NCBI GenBank assembly: GCA_028534125.1
Contig: CM052817.1
Coordinates: 6,264,001 to 6,328,000 of the forward strand
Source of the DNA: Lama glama
Lineage: Eukaryota
DNA: 64,000 nt
Reading direction: 5' to 3'
Shown here: piece by piece, positions 38,269 through 51,174 of the stretch
Position numbering within the stretch: position 1 is the stretch's first letter
How the letters are laid out: each line of letters opens with the position of its first letter
Notes under the pieces: model-generated
Seen by the model: the letters and a program-made list of their open reading frames with translations, nothing else
The model's database searches: none
What the model was told of the DNA's origin: nothing
Translations under genes and position numbers: made by a program

Positions 38269-38928
38269 GATTCTTAAATACGGTTATTTTCTCTGTTTGA
38301 ATATTGAAGGACTGCCTGCAATACGGCAATGGCAGCAGGAGTGTGAAAGAAAAGAATGACCACAAGGGATACCAAAGAGGTGGTACCACAGGTTTGGCGG
38401 TTGATTAGGTAAAGTGCCGTGTGCAAGAAGGGAGAAAGTCATAAAAAGCGACTGGTTTCTCTCTTGGAAGGTAGGAAGGCCTCCTGATGTCATTATCACC
38501 TGCAGAGAGCCCCTGGCTTGTCCAAAGCCTGATCTAGGTTCCAGTTCCTTGACAGGAAATTCACAAAGGACCCCAATTTGAAACAAACTTCTCAATAACA
38601 AGTCCATAGCTCCTTGTTTTGACTCATTGTTACTTGGGCCAAAATGACTCACCTATTTAGAGTCTAAATTTTTGAGACATTTCCATTCAAAACTTGCTTG
38701 GATATTTAGATTTGTGACAACAGGCTCATCTGTAGTATCTAGTATCAGTCAGCCTCTCTGCTCCTTCGCTGATTTCTGGCCGTAATACCCCTTACAGCTT
38801 GGCGGTTGAGTTAGAGGCTGTGGCTCTACCTGGCTGTCTGGTTCTCCGTCCCTTCAGAGCCCCAGTGGTGCAGAGGATGCCCCTGCAGGAGTTAAGCATC
38901 TACAAGCTGCCCATCCACTTGGGGGCAC

Positions 38929-39379
38929 TGTTATGGGTTGAACTGTGGGCTTCCAAGCTGATGCCCTAACCTCCATGACTTCAGATTGTGACCTTGTTTG
39001 GAGATAGGGTCATTGCAGAGTAATCAGGTTAAGTGAAGTCTTTAGGTTAGGCCCTAATGTATATGACTGATTGCTTATTAAAAGGGGAAATTTGGACACA
39101 GACACACAAATACAGGGTGAATGTCACGTGAAGGTGAAAGCAAAGACTGAGGGATGTGTCTACACACCAAGCGACACCAAAAAGTGCTAGTAAAGCACTA
39201 GAAGCTAGGAGAGGGGCATGGAGTAAATGACCTCTCACAGCCAGCAGAAGGGAGGAAGCAAATCTGACAACCCCTTGATCTCAGACTTCTAAGCTCCTGA
39301 ACCCTGAGACAATAAAGTTCTGTTGTTAAGCCCCTCAGTTTATGGTACTTTGTCATAGCAGCCCCAAAAAATAGATATA
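38929..39379 (+). mobile_element. MLT1C-type MaLR solo LTR
   Basis: tgttatgggttgaactgtg, aaaaggggaaatttggacacagac, agaagctaggagaggggcatgga. Confidence 0.9.
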
Positions 39380-39544
39380 GATGCCAAACATTTTTTTCCT
39401 TTTTCCTACACTTTTAAGGCTAAGTGAAGCCAAAAGGAAGAATGTAATACTCAAAATTATCACTATTTTGCTATTAATCAAATTTTGCAAAGACCAATTA
39501 TGTAGTAGAAATAAAATTAATCAAGACAGGGTTTTCTGAGAATC

Positions 39545-39960
39545 CTAGTTTTATTGGTCGTAATTCTTATTTGCAAATACTAGAGCCCTCCACCAGTTAA
39601 ATGGAAAATAAACTTATTAAAGGATATTAAGAAACACTGCGCTGTATTGACGGATGGAGAGTAGGCCTCTGATGCTGTGCAGTCAAGGACAGTGCGTAAT
39701 CACATTGCTAGGGCTTCTCTAGGAAGAACCCTACCCTACTTTGGCACCTGTATGTGAGTAGATGCCTGAAGGAACTACTGATTCTCTGCCTCCAGACCTG
39801 TCATGTCCTCACACTGTTTATTTCCAAACCCAAGTCCAACCCAAAGAAACCACGTTGCATGCCCCAACCGTAGCTGCAAGAGTCATGGCGGGAATTTTCT
39901 GTCTTCCTCTTTAGGATGGCCAGACTTATATTTGTTTGAAATTATCAAAATAAATGGGAA
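39545..39960 (-). mobile_element. Old MLT1-type LTR, degraded
   Basis: ttcttatttgcaaa...ttattaaaggatatt resembles the reverse complement of the MLT1K/L 3' end. Confidence 0.4.
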
Positions 39961-40129
39961 ATGCTCAAAGGTAGCCACCAAAGGCTCCAGCCCCAACTCC
40001 ATCAAAAGTATGTGGGAAAGAACCTACATGCTTTCTGGGCCCGTGTTGTCACTAGGAAAATATGTAACCAGACAACATAATGTGAAATATATCAGAATTT
40101 TTGTTTGTGTGTTCATGCAAAATGAAAAT

Positions 40130-40385
40130 TAACTGGAATAATATGATATCCTAGATGAGATCCTGGAATAGAAAAGGATAGCAAATAAAAACTAAGGAAA
40201 TTTGAATAAAGCATGAACTTTAGCTAATAATGTACCCATTCCAGTTCATGGCTTTTGACAATGCACTGTACTCCTGTAAGATGCTAATATAGGAGAAATT
40301 GAGTGGAGAGTATGTGAGAACTCTCTGCAGTCTTCACAATTTTTCTATAAACTTCAAATAAAATTCTAAAATTAAAGAGTTGATT
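40130..40385 (+). mobile_element. L1MC-type 3' end
   Basis: tatcctagatgagatcctggaatagaaaagga...gagaactctctg..tcttcacaattttt. Confidence 0.8.
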
Positions 40386-40559
40386 AAAATTGATTAAAAT
40401 CATTTTTTTTTCTCTGAGAAGGAAAACAGAACTTTGTGATCATTTATATAAGAAAGGAAAGTGAGTCTCTGTACTGCTCTCCTCCACTTACAGGACCTGG
40501 AGAGGAAGGGGAAAGAAAATACTGTCGTGTCAGACCTCAGCCAACCGTTCTTGGCCACT

Positions 40560-40850
40560 GATGTTGAGATGCAGGATGGATGAACCTGGAGGACGTTGTG
40601 CTAAGTGAAATGACAGAAAGACAAATGCTACATGATTCCACATATATGAAGTATCCAAAATGGTCATATTCATAGGTGTAAAGAATGGAATGGTGGTCAT
40701 TGGGGTCTAGGGGGTTGGGGGAATTGATAATCAAGGGGTATAAAATTTGTTAGGCGTGATCTAAAGATGTGCTGTGCAGCTTTGTCCCTAGGGTCCACAA
40801 TAGTGCCTCTCACCCTTTAAAGGTGATAAGGCTCCTGATGATTGTCATTT
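40560..40850 (+). mobile_element. L1MA9/MB-type 3' end
   Basis: atggatgaacctggaggacgttgtgctaagtgaaat...acagaaagacaaatgctacatgattccac. Confidence 0.8.
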
Positions 40851-41303
40851 CCAATGAAGTAAACTTAAATCACTCTAAATAGGTAAGGCAGGTTTGAGGA
40901 AGCTGGCTTTAACAAAGCACGTGAATAAGTTGCTGGACACAGGGCGAAAACAGAGCACAATTGTTCTGATAATAAATGTAGAAAATCCAAGTGGGAAAGT
41001 CTTCAGGGACAGAAAGGGCTTAGCCGTATGGTGTGGCTGAGGGAGTTTTATGGCTAGGAAAACCCTTTCCTCACCAAGCTCACTAAAGAACATTACATCG
41101 CAAATTCTGGGAATGATTGTTGTTTAAATTCGAAGCAAAGGAGATTAATTTCCCTATCTTGAAAATTTTCAGAGCAGGAAAGAGAGGAGTTTTGAGTGGT
41201 TATTCACAAAAGGAGAGCCAATGTCCAAAAGAACAAGCATGTAAATGCATAAGGAATTTAAGAGTGAACGGCCTATGGGACTCTTGGGGTGAGCGTTGGA
41301 AGT

Positions 41304-41622
41304 CACCATGGTCTGAATGTGCCTTCTAAAATTTGAATACCCAATGTGTTAACATTAGGAGGTGGGGCCTTTGGGAGGTGCTTAGATCGTGAGGGTGGGA
41401 CCATCATGAATGGGGTTAGCGCTCTTTTGGAAGAGACCCCCACAGAGCTCCTACTATGTGAAGATACAGTGAGAAGTCTGTGAGCTGGAAGAGGGTTTTC
41501 ACCTCACCAAGCTGCCCCCTGATCTCGAGCTCAGCTTCCCAGAACTGTGAGAAATAAAGCTGTGTTTTTTATAAGCCACCAGTCTATGGTATATGTTATA
41601 GCATCCCAAATGAACAGAGACA
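41304..41622 (+). mobile_element. MLT1A0-type MaLR solo LTR
   Basis: aggtggggcctttgggaggtg, ccagaactgtgagaaataaa. Approximate 5-bp TSD gaagt/gtagt. Confidence 0.9.
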
Positions 41623-41879
41623 GTAGTCCCACAAAATGTGGGACTTCCATATAGATTTCATTTACACTTTAAAAAGGGTGGCCTTAGCTGACAACTGTAT
41701 TATGAAAAACCAAACCAAACCGAAGTCCTCTAACCAGCCAGCAGCTCCACCGCCAAGTAGGGATATTTAAACTAGGCTCAGGGAGGTAGTCTCTCATCTC
41801 TTGTCCCCAAGAAGGCATGAGCATCATTTCCAGCCGTTTTGAAACTGATTGTGGCCACAAATGGTTTTCCAAAGCCAGT

Positions 41880-42200
41880 TCTTGGTAACTAGAGGGCGGA
41901 TTAGGGAAGCACCTCCTGACACGTGTGCGCTTGGTTGCCCTAATTTTCAGAACTGAGGACTCTGGGATAGTGTTACTGAAAGTGGTTTTCTGAAAAAAAG
42001 AAAAAAAAAAGCTCTCATTTGCCTTATTTTAAATTTATTAACCTCTGAATCATTATTCTTGTTACCAGACCATCTTCCTAAAGACTGGAACCACTGGAGT
42101 GCTCAGTAGTCGCCAGTAAGCCCAGGATGGCTTCCGGAAGTAAACGCATTCACAGGAGAAACGCGCATAAGACACGACCTTGCCGTGGTGAATACAAACC
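41880..42200. promoter_or_regulatory. Candidate cis-regulatory element (CTCF-like, E-box and ETS motifs)
   Basis: TAACTAGAGGGCGG (41886-41899), CACGTG and CTTCCGGAAGT in a locally CpG-retaining, apparently unique segment. Motif-level evidence only. Confidence 0.35.
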
Positions 42201-43274
42201 CACAGTCTCCTGGTTCTAAATGGACACTTGTACGGATGAGCACAGGAGTTAATGGTCGTGATGAATTAAAAGTGTCCTCTCATCCATTATCTATTTGAAT
42301 TCTCAAAACAGTCTGCTAAGGTAGACATTGCTGGGACAATTTTCCCTCTTTCTTGCAAACAGGAAACTGAAGCTCAGAATTCACCAAACTCTTCAGGAAA
42401 AATAGAGCCAGAAAATAGACAACAACATTTAGAAAGAGGGGAATGTTATTTCTCTTGGATTAGAGGTGCTGTTAGTACCACTTTCTAACTTGACATATCA
42501 TTGGTATTCACTTGAAAGAATTTATTTATGAGAATGTGAAGGGGATTATATTGACCCCTTGTAAAATTTTTAGTATTAAAATGGTTTAACAAAATTGAGG
42601 TTCGACTCTAGGCTAAAATTCTATTTAGCTTCCTCCAGGGAGATGTAGATCCTATTTTTAAAAGTTTAGGGAAGATTTGGAATCATTCTACTAAACAAGG
42701 AAAATGAGAAAATCTGAATTAGAAAGACAATTGTGCTTATTAGTTTCTTTAAATTGAAACATTAAAACTTTATTGGAGAAACAGTTCATATTAATTAACT
42801 TGTGTTTTTTCTTCTCAAGCAAGATTATATCCAAGTTAAAACAAAGGTTAAAATAGTACATGCTCTTTAATGTAAATACAAATTAATTTAATTTTCCCTA
42901 ATTAAATGTTATCAGCAATTGTCATCTAAGCATTCATTTCTATTTATAAATAGAGAAAAGCTATTATTTTTATCTTTCTCTTGCCTCTGAGGTTTCTCAA
43001 AGCCATATTATTACCAGATATTATTTGAAGAAAAACCAAAAAACATTAATTTTCCTTTTAAACTCTGATTCTGAATCTGTGACGACTAATTATGCTTAAT
43101 TTCTCTCCTTCAAAGTATTTCTGTTTGTTCCAAGATTCTTTTTTTCTCCTCTTAGACAGAGGTTCACACTTGCTCTCTGTAAGTAGAGGCATGTGGTGGG
43201 AAATCTGAGTTTGCATCTCATTTTAAGTCCCTAATTCTTTTCATGAAAGCATGGTCCGTGTTCTAGCACTTTTA

Positions 43275-43445
43275 TCAGATAAACTACAAGGATATATTGT
43301 ACAACACAGGGAATACAGCTGATAACTTATAACAAATGTAAGTGGAGTAGAGCCTTTAAAAATTGTGAATCACTACATCATACACCTGTAACACATATAG
43401 TATATAAACTCTACTTCAATAAAATATGTAAAAAATAAAAGAAAC
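43275..43445 (+). mobile_element. Artiodactyl-type L1 extreme 3' end
   Basis: ctacaaggatatattgtacaacacagggaata...aattgtgaatcacta...tacttcaataaaa. Confidence 0.85.
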
Positions 43446-43999
43446 TGAAAAACAATAGGTGAGGAGCAAATCAAAACACACTTGAATGATGAATATTAAA
43501 AAAAGAGTCCAAACTTTTTCATCATTTATTTTTACTTATAACATTCAAAGCAAATATATATAGCAAGATATGTTTGTTTAGAGTGGTTTAAATTTATGAA
43601 TTCAGGCATTTCCTAAACTCAAAAGGTAATCTCTAGGAAGGAAGATAGGGTGACATATTTTCTTGCAGAAAACAAAATGATAAAATGACATTAGATGGGC
43701 ATCAGCTCATTTCAGAGAGACTACATGTTATTAAAGAAACAGCAGTGGCTTTGGGGCAAGGCAGAGCCTGATTTGAAATCTGCCTGCATCACTTACCAGC
43801 TGTGTGAACTGTCAGGGTTTTCTTAGCATCATAAAGCCTTGTTGTTTTAATCTGTATTAGGGGATGGTGATAACTGTTTCAAAGATATGCTGTCTCTAGC
43901 ATCTTTGCGTTTTCCTTCTATGGTGTATTACTTCCATTAGAATATAAGATTCTTCTAAAAAAAGTTTTTGATCTCAATTTTCCCTTCCAGCAATTGGTT

Positions 44000-45820
44000 C
44001 CGTCCACATAAAACAACTTTAAGGAGCTTCACCTTCTTACTGTGAGATCGGTTTCCTCCAGTCTGCCTTTTGTCCCAGCACCATGTCAGGGACTCTATGA
44101 AATTCCTGTTGCCAAGCACCACAGACCCTTTTCTTATCCTTTTCTGCTTCTCAGGGGTATTTGTCAGCCTATCATTCTGTTCTTCTGGAAGCGGTCTTCT
44201 CTCCCTGCTCACCATATGAACAAGAAAATTGGTTTTCTTCCCACTTCACCAGCTGTTCCTCATGGGTCTCCTGTGCAAGCTCCTTTTATCTCCCAACTCA
44301 TAAATTCTGTAGGGCTTCCAGGCACAGGCGTGGGCTTCTTTCCTTGTTGATCTTCCATTCCCAGGTAACACCAAAATGCTAAGGCTTTTCATGCTGTCTG
44401 CATTTGGTGACTGTAAATTTAGGTCTCCACCTCACTACTTCTCTCTAGACTCATATGTCTGCCTACATGTCTATTTAGACATCTCAGAGTCATTTCAAGA
44501 CACACTTAGTCAAAAAAAAATCCCACAAAAGACAAAAAAGAAAAACTAAAAACTACACACACATACGTATACACACATCTGCTTCTACTTCAGACTTTTC
44601 CTTTCCCAGAAACCACACTGTTTTCAAACCAATTATTAAATATCAAATCAGGTTAACTCCTCCTCATTCCTTGTCAGTCACACTGAAGTTACCCACAAGT
44701 CCTGGATGTCATCCTCCAAAACTCTACTGGTATTTCCCCATCTTTACTCATCCAAGCCATCATACCTTCTGTTATGGGTTGACTTGTGTCCCCCCAAAGT
44801 TCTTATGGTGAAGTTCTCACCTCAGAACCTCAAGTGTGCCCTATCAGAAGATAGGGTATTTGCAAAGGTAATTAAGCTAAAGTGAAGTCATTAGGGTGGA
44901 CGCTAATTTGATACGACTGTTGCTTTATAAAAACGGGGCATTTGGAGAAAGACGCACACACGGGACAATGCAGGTGAAGGCGGAGATCTGGGTGATGCTT
45001 CTACAAGCCAAGAGATGCCAAAGACCACCAACCAGCCACCAGAAGCTAGGGAAGAGGCCTGGACCAGATTCTCCCTCAGATCCCCCAGAAGAAGTCAATC
45101 CTGCCAACACCTTGACTTCAGACGTCTAGCCTCCGGAACTGTGAGACAATGCACTTTTGTTGTTTAAACCAGTGAATTTGTGATACTTTATTACAGAAGA
45201 CCTATATTCTTGCTCTTAATGGTTCCAACCTTGTCTTGCACAGCAGCAAAAGTGATCATAAAAAAAGAAAAGGTAATTCCAACCGTGCCATGCCCTGTAC
45301 CGATGCCTTCTCCTTGTGCTTAGAATAAAGCTCAAAATCTGTGTCATGGTTTATGAGAAGCCCAATGTGATTTGATCCTACCTTATTTTTGAACATCATC
45401 TCATACAGTTCTTTCCGTCACACAGTATAGTCAGTCACATCCATCTTCAGTCACTCCTTACAATATTATAAAATCAATTCCTGCCTCAGGGCCTTTGTGC
45501 ATGCCTTTTCTTCTGCCTGAGAGTTTCATGCCAGTTCTTCACGTGACTGCTTATTTCTCCTGATTAAGCTTTCTGCTTAAATGCTGAAATGCATTATCAG
45601 CAACACCCCCATCCCCTATCTCAATGCACCTTTATTTCCAATTTAATATTATACAGAATGTTCACTTTTTCAATCATCTATCTATTCATCTATGTGTGTG
45701 TTTAAAGCCTATCTCTCTGAAAAATAAAAAAATATCAGAGTGTAAGATTCTTGCCTTCATATTTATTTCCAGTATCTGACACATCGTAGTTCCCAAATAG
45801 TTTGTTGAGTGAACAAATAA
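44000..45820 (+). mobile_element. Long L2 fragment interrupted by MLT1C
   Basis: cctgttgccaagcacc, cctgcctcagggcctttgtgcatgc, and a terminal tttgttgagtgaacaaataaa. Confidence 0.7.
44770..45205 (+). mobile_element. MLT1C-type MaLR solo LTR
   Basis: tgttatgggttgacttgtgtcccccc, ctacaagccaagagatgccaaaga, ccaccagaagctagg. Confidence 0.9.
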
Positions 45821-45859
45821 AAGAATGGCCATCAATTATAAAATCAGTCTACATAGTGC

Positions 45860-46500
45860 ATACTTCATTTACTCAACACGCACTTAATGAGTTCCTTTTA
45901 TGCATCAAGAACTGTTTCAGGCACTAGGAATTCAGCATGAACAGGACAGCCCAAGTCTAAGGTTGGGAAAATAGCAGAGACAAGCTGAGAGAAAGGAGTG
46001 TGCCTGGCATGTATGAGGAATGGTGTAATGCCCGCTGAGGTGGGAGCAGACTAAGAGTAAGGCTTTGAAATATGGGAAAATCAGAAGATAGAGGAGACAA
46101 AAAAGGAGTTTTTAGACTATAGACAAGCAAGGGTCCAAACAGAGAACAATTAGGCATTTTAATACAATGCGGAAAAGATATGAGGATGTCTTAAGCCAAC
46201 AATAGTTTCGCGGGACAAGAGAAATGGTCATGTTCTAGGCAATTTTCAAAGTGAGCCCAAAAGCATAGCTGATGAATTGGATGTAGGTGGTATTAATCAA
46301 GAGAGCAGTTATGGATAATTCCGAGGTTCTTGACCCTGATAACTTAATAAATGGAATTGTCATTTATTGAGATGAGGTCACCTAGGGGAGGAGTGGATTT
46401 CAAGGGAAAGATCAGGATCTGAGTTTTGGACGTGTTAAATTAGAAGTGTCTATTAAACAACCAGATGGAAATATCGGCTATATGAGTTTAAAGTTCAACA
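45860..46500 (-). mobile_element. L2 LINE fragment
   Basis: ttcatttactcaaca..acttaatgag, gctgatgaattggatgtagg, gagttttggacgtgttaaattaga. Confidence 0.75.
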
Positions 46501-46509
46501 GAGGGGTCA

Positions 46510-46730
46510 GTTCAAATCAATAAGTGAATTTCAAGCCACGGGGTTTTGTATCTGGGCACTCTATTAGGACAGTGCTCGCCACAATTTGCCATCAGCAAGT
46601 CATCATTGTTTATGGGCATACTGCTAATCTTTGCATTTCCTTCTGTGAAGTCAAGTTCAGGAATCACTTTGATGTAAATAGTTTTATTGACATCTGGTGC
46701 AATGGTGGCCATTTATTTGATTGATTAGAA
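46510..46730. promoter_or_regulatory. Candidate developmental enhancer (dense homeodomain/SOX/TCF/FOX motif cluster)
   Basis: AAATCAATA, CATTGTT, TTTATGG, CTTTGAT, TGTAAATA, TTTTATTGACA, CATCTG and TGATTGAT within about 215 bp of apparently unique sequence. Motif-level evidence only. Confidence 0.35.
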
Positions 46731-47122
46731 GCGAACAGAAAACAATACTAAATTTCTATAATAGCCCATGTGATGTGAAGAGGGAAGCATTCTTTTCCAA
46801 ATGTTTATTGGACAGTCTTTTAGCTAACAGACATTTACAGAAACTCCATTGTGTGTCAGCCATTGCCTGCATCCAGATTATATAATGAAAAACAGCAGGC
46901 ACTCCTCAGACTTAAAGAATTCAGAATCTGTGGAAGAAACAGGCTTGCAGTGAAGAGCCCTTGCTGCAATCACCTTAGCGAGCTGTTGGGAGGTTCCAAG
47001 GAGGCAAAGTGTTGAATTATGTCCACACCTCTTATTAGTATCCTTTCTACATATGCAGAATTTAAAGCCAGAGGTGTCAAATGGCTTTCCCAAAGCATGG
47101 CTGGGCCTCAGACCCAGATTTT

Positions 47123-47486
47123 TTTCTTTTTCTTTTTCTTTTCGTTTTTATTATTTTTTCAGCTCTATTGAGATATAATTGTCATGCAGCACTGTGTAAG
47201 TTTAAGGTGTACAGCATGGGGACTTGACTTACACATATTGTGGAATGACTACCACAATGAGTTTAATTAACATCCAGCACCTCAGATTGATACAAAAAGC
47301 AAAAGCGTTTCTTTTTTTCCTTTGTGATGAGAACTTTCAGGATCTACTCTCTTAGCAACTTTCAAATATACGGTCCATCGGTACATCAGTGTTACCTATA
47401 GTGAGCAGGTTGTATGGTCTATCCTCAATGCTTATTTATCTCATAATTGGAAGCTTGGACCTTTTGACCACCTTTAACCAACTCCC
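47123..47486 (-). mobile_element. L1 3' UTR fragment (L1MA9-related laurasiatherian type) inserted in a MIR
   Basis: TSD cccagatttt at 47113-47122 and 47487-47496. T-rich tail. Body contains gatctactctcttagcaactttcaaatata. Confidence 0.9.
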
Positions 47487-48711
47487 CCCAGATTTTCTAT
47501 TTCTGAACATTGAACTGACCCATCTTGACTGCCTCTTAAGACTGACATTATTTTGAAAGGACGATGTCATATGAGTCTTTGGTTTCTCCTTTGAAAAGCT
47601 GAGAAGAAAAGCAAGCACTTCCAAGCTGTCTATGTGCATTTTTAATGAACATTAAATGAATCAGCGTGTGAATATGTGGTACGTTAAACACTGCTGTTCT
47701 GGCTCTTTCTGAGTGAACTCGGACAGCTCACTTACTGTCACAGAGCATCACTTTTCCAGTCTGTAAAATGAGAAGAATAACTGTTTTGTGAAGTTGGTGT
47801 GAGGATTAACAAAACGAAGTGTCCTGAGCAGAGTACTGACAGAACTTGACTCTAACTGTTGTTGTTATCACTATGAAGACACTCACTGAGGTAGTAAGAT
47901 TTCATTAGACTCATTTAAATCCTCTTGTCTTTAGTTTTCCATCAGTTCATAGACCGAACAAATGGGAGAATAAAACTTCAGGGAAAAAAAGACACCTCTT
48001 CTACAAAGGTTGATTTTTACCATTTGTGAAGCACTGTTTTTCATGGCATGATCTCTTCTGTTTATTCCGATTTTTCTTCCTTCTGAAGCACTTATTGATA
48101 AGAATGTTTTAACTGTTAAAAAATTAAGTATTGGAAATTAAAATCTGCATTTTCTTTCTAATGTCTACTCTTATAAATAAAAATTCCCATGAAAATGAAA
48201 TGACTAGGGGTTGGGACTAATATCTATCTACCAAAAAATGGAAGCAGTCTGGTCAATTTATTCAAAACTAGAAAGTGTGCAGAGTGAATTCATGATGTTT
48301 GAACAACTAGGGTGAATGGTGGGGAGAGAGGGGTTGTGAGAAAGAATATTTGTGGAGGATCTACTCAATGTCCTACACTACTGGCTGCTTTTTATGTGTC
48401 TCTGTATGAAATGTTTACATCCAGCCTGTTTTGACAGACAGGAAAACTGAAGGTCAGGGTGATCAAGCCGTGCACCCTAAGTCACCTGAGTAGTAAGTTA
48501 AATAACTGAAAACCAGGGGCATCTACTTCCAAGTCCTATTCTCTATCTATGACGTCATATTACCTTGATGATCAGCGTTTATCATATGATTGTTGATATT
48601 TATTTAGCACCTAATACATTGTGGCTTTTGCTGGGTACTCAGAGAACACACAGAAGAAGATAAGCTTAAATTCGCAGTTGAGGGGTTAAGGCTAGCATCA
48701 CTGACTCTCCT

Positions 48712-48920
48712 GATGGTTTCAATCACAGCACTATCGACATTTGGGGTCAGATAATACTTTGTTGTGGAGGACTGTCCTGTGTGTTGCCGTAAGTTCAGCA
48801 GCATTCTCGACTTCCATCCATCAGATGTCAGTAGCGTCCCTTAGCTGTGATAATCAAAATGTTTGCAGATATTGACAAGTGTTTCCTGGATACAAAATCT
48901 CTTCTGGTTGAGAGCACTTA
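48712..48920 (-). mobile_element. MER20 hAT-Charlie MITE
   Basis: gcactatcgacatttggggtcagataatactttgttgtgg..ctgtcctgtg...ggttgagagcact. Confidence 0.88.
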
Positions 48921-49614
48921 GCAGCCTTGTCAGGTCAGGCACCATCTCTGGCTGTTACATCTATTGCCCAAGGACCAACCACAGAGATATTTAAATGCAT
49001 ATCCTTTGACTGGGTGGTTCCCTGGTGATAAACTCTGGTTATTTCTTCCTTCCTTCCTGCACAACGTGTGCTTCCAGAAGCTTGAAACTCTTCAGTACAG
49101 CACAAGAGAATTTAGTACCAGCTAAAGGCCACTTCCCTCCAAGCACCTTTGCCTGCCCTTTAAAAAAGTGAACTTGTGTCTTTCTCTGATATTATTCAAA
49201 GTTCTCCCCTTTCACATTCTGCTCTCCTAGAAATAAATTTATCTGTGCCCCAAGCTTAGGGTCTGCCTAGAATTCTGAGTTCTTTAGTAAATTAAGCCGC
49301 TCTCCTTCTGGGTGAGGAAGTATTTAGTACAGCTCTGAGGTCTTTGTCCTTTTCACTTATAAATGCTAGTGACCCTGTGTCCTGTTGTGGGTCTCATTGA
49401 CTTGCTTCCCTCTCTGAGGTTACTTGTATGTCAGGTGTTCCCTCTGCCTCCTCAGCTCCTGTTCACTCCCTCCGTCCTTTACCCCGAGCAGAGTGACGGC
49501 CATCTGGGTCACCCGTGCAATTGCAGCAGCTAGATCTTGGCCTGGCGTCAGTGTGTAAGTGTTGAATTAATTAACTCTGCCTTCATTTAATATTGTGCAA
49601 CTTGGTTTGCTAAG

Positions 49615-50399
49615 CAGATGCCATCAATGCCCCGTCCACGTGTTCTCCACTCTCAGGGATTTTTACTGCCTTGGCCTGAGGAACCTCTCCAGCTTCAGGA
49701 GATGCTCAGCCTGTAAGTTGGGCCAGTCAGAATGCCAACGCCCCAGACCTCAGCCGTGAGCCTCCCAGCTCCCCCAGCTCTGGGGGTGAGATGACTAAGA
49801 GGGGAGCTCTCTGAAGTCTCCCAGGGTCCTCAATGGGCTGAGCTGCGGAGGCCCACACAGGTCACCAGCTCATCAACACACCTTCAGTGACCCCCCTCCC
49901 TCCCTTCCCTGTCCTACATCCACACACTTTATTTTCATCGTCCAGGATGGACATAACAAGGTATCACAGGCTAGGTGGCTCAAACAACAAAAATTTATGT
50001 CTGGAAGTTCTGGAGGCCAAAAGTCTGAGAGCAAGGTGTCCCCAGGACTGGTTTCTTCAGTGGCCTCTGCCTCTCTGGCACAAGGCTGTCTTCTCCTGGG
50101 CCTTCCCTCTGTGTTTCTGTGTCCCTGTTTATTTTTCTTACAATGATTGCAGTCATATCAGATTAGGATCTACCCAAACGACCTTATTTTACCTTAACTA
50201 CCTCTTTAAAAACTATCTTTAAATATAGTCACATCTGAGGGACTGAGAGTCAGGGCTGTAACATTTGCATTTGGGGGCAAGGGACACAATTCAACCCATG
50301 ACACCCTCTTGCCTCTATTTCCTGCTTAATTTCCCAAATTTACTTCTTGCCCTCAAATTCCTGTCTGTCAATTCTTCTTAGGGAACCCAAACTAAGACA
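49615..50399 (+). mobile_element. LTR16C-type (ERVL) LTR split by MLT1B
   Basis: caatgggctgagctg...cccacacaggtcaccagctcatcaacacacc, ends gggaacccaaactaagaca. Confidence 0.7.
49928..50303 (-). mobile_element. MLT1B-type MaLR solo LTR
   Basis: ataacaaggtatcacaggctaggtggctcaaacaac, agttctggaggc, gggacacaattcaacccatgaca. Confidence 0.88.
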
Positions 50400-51174
50400 C
50401 TTTCACTATATTCTTCTATTTTTTTAGGAAAAAAAAGAAATGTCTGTAACTGCTTAATCCTTTCAACACTTCTGCCAAGGTATAATTATCTACATTCTCC
50501 TTATGGGGAACCTGAGACTCAGAGAAGCCATCCACATTCCCACCAATCTACCAAGAGGAAAACATCAGACAACTGGGATGAGAACTCAGATCTACATGGG
50601 CTGTCATTTTTACATCCCTTCCTCTTGCCTCTGCTGTGGTCCTTAGTAATCTCCAGAAGATCTTTGGAAAGCCTCTAGAGAGTTCATGGTACTGTAGGTA
50701 CAAATCTGAACTGTTTTAAGAAGTTGCTTTTTTTGTCCAAAAAAGTATTAGTACTGATACTTGAACTGAACTGCATTCGTATTTCTCAGATCAGCTTTAC
50801 CAGCCTCCCTGAGCACAGACTCTGGGGGATGCATCAGCCTGGTCCAAGGGAAATGCAAGCTGAATAAGACTCTGTTCCCTAAAACTCCCCTGTGAAAAAT
50901 TCCAAGTAGATTTTAGTACAAAGAAACACTTTGTTTTCAATGTGGAAAGTCATGTTTCCTTTTAGGAAATTCAGAACCGAATTAACAGCTTATATTTCCC
51001 TTTCAAGCAGGGCTACTGGGAAGCGTTAAGCTTACCCATATCTTTAGTGTATTTGAAATTATTCCCATTCTCTCCGATGGATTTTGTTTATTTACACTCT
51101 GTTATTTCGGGGTATTGACAACCACACAACAATGACACCACCACCAGCAGTAACAAATGTTATTACCAATAATA

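Noticed and set aside
46512..46712. 66-aa ATG-initiated minus-strand ORF with protein-like composition
   Set aside because: I recognise no homology, promoter or splice context. The length is within chance range.
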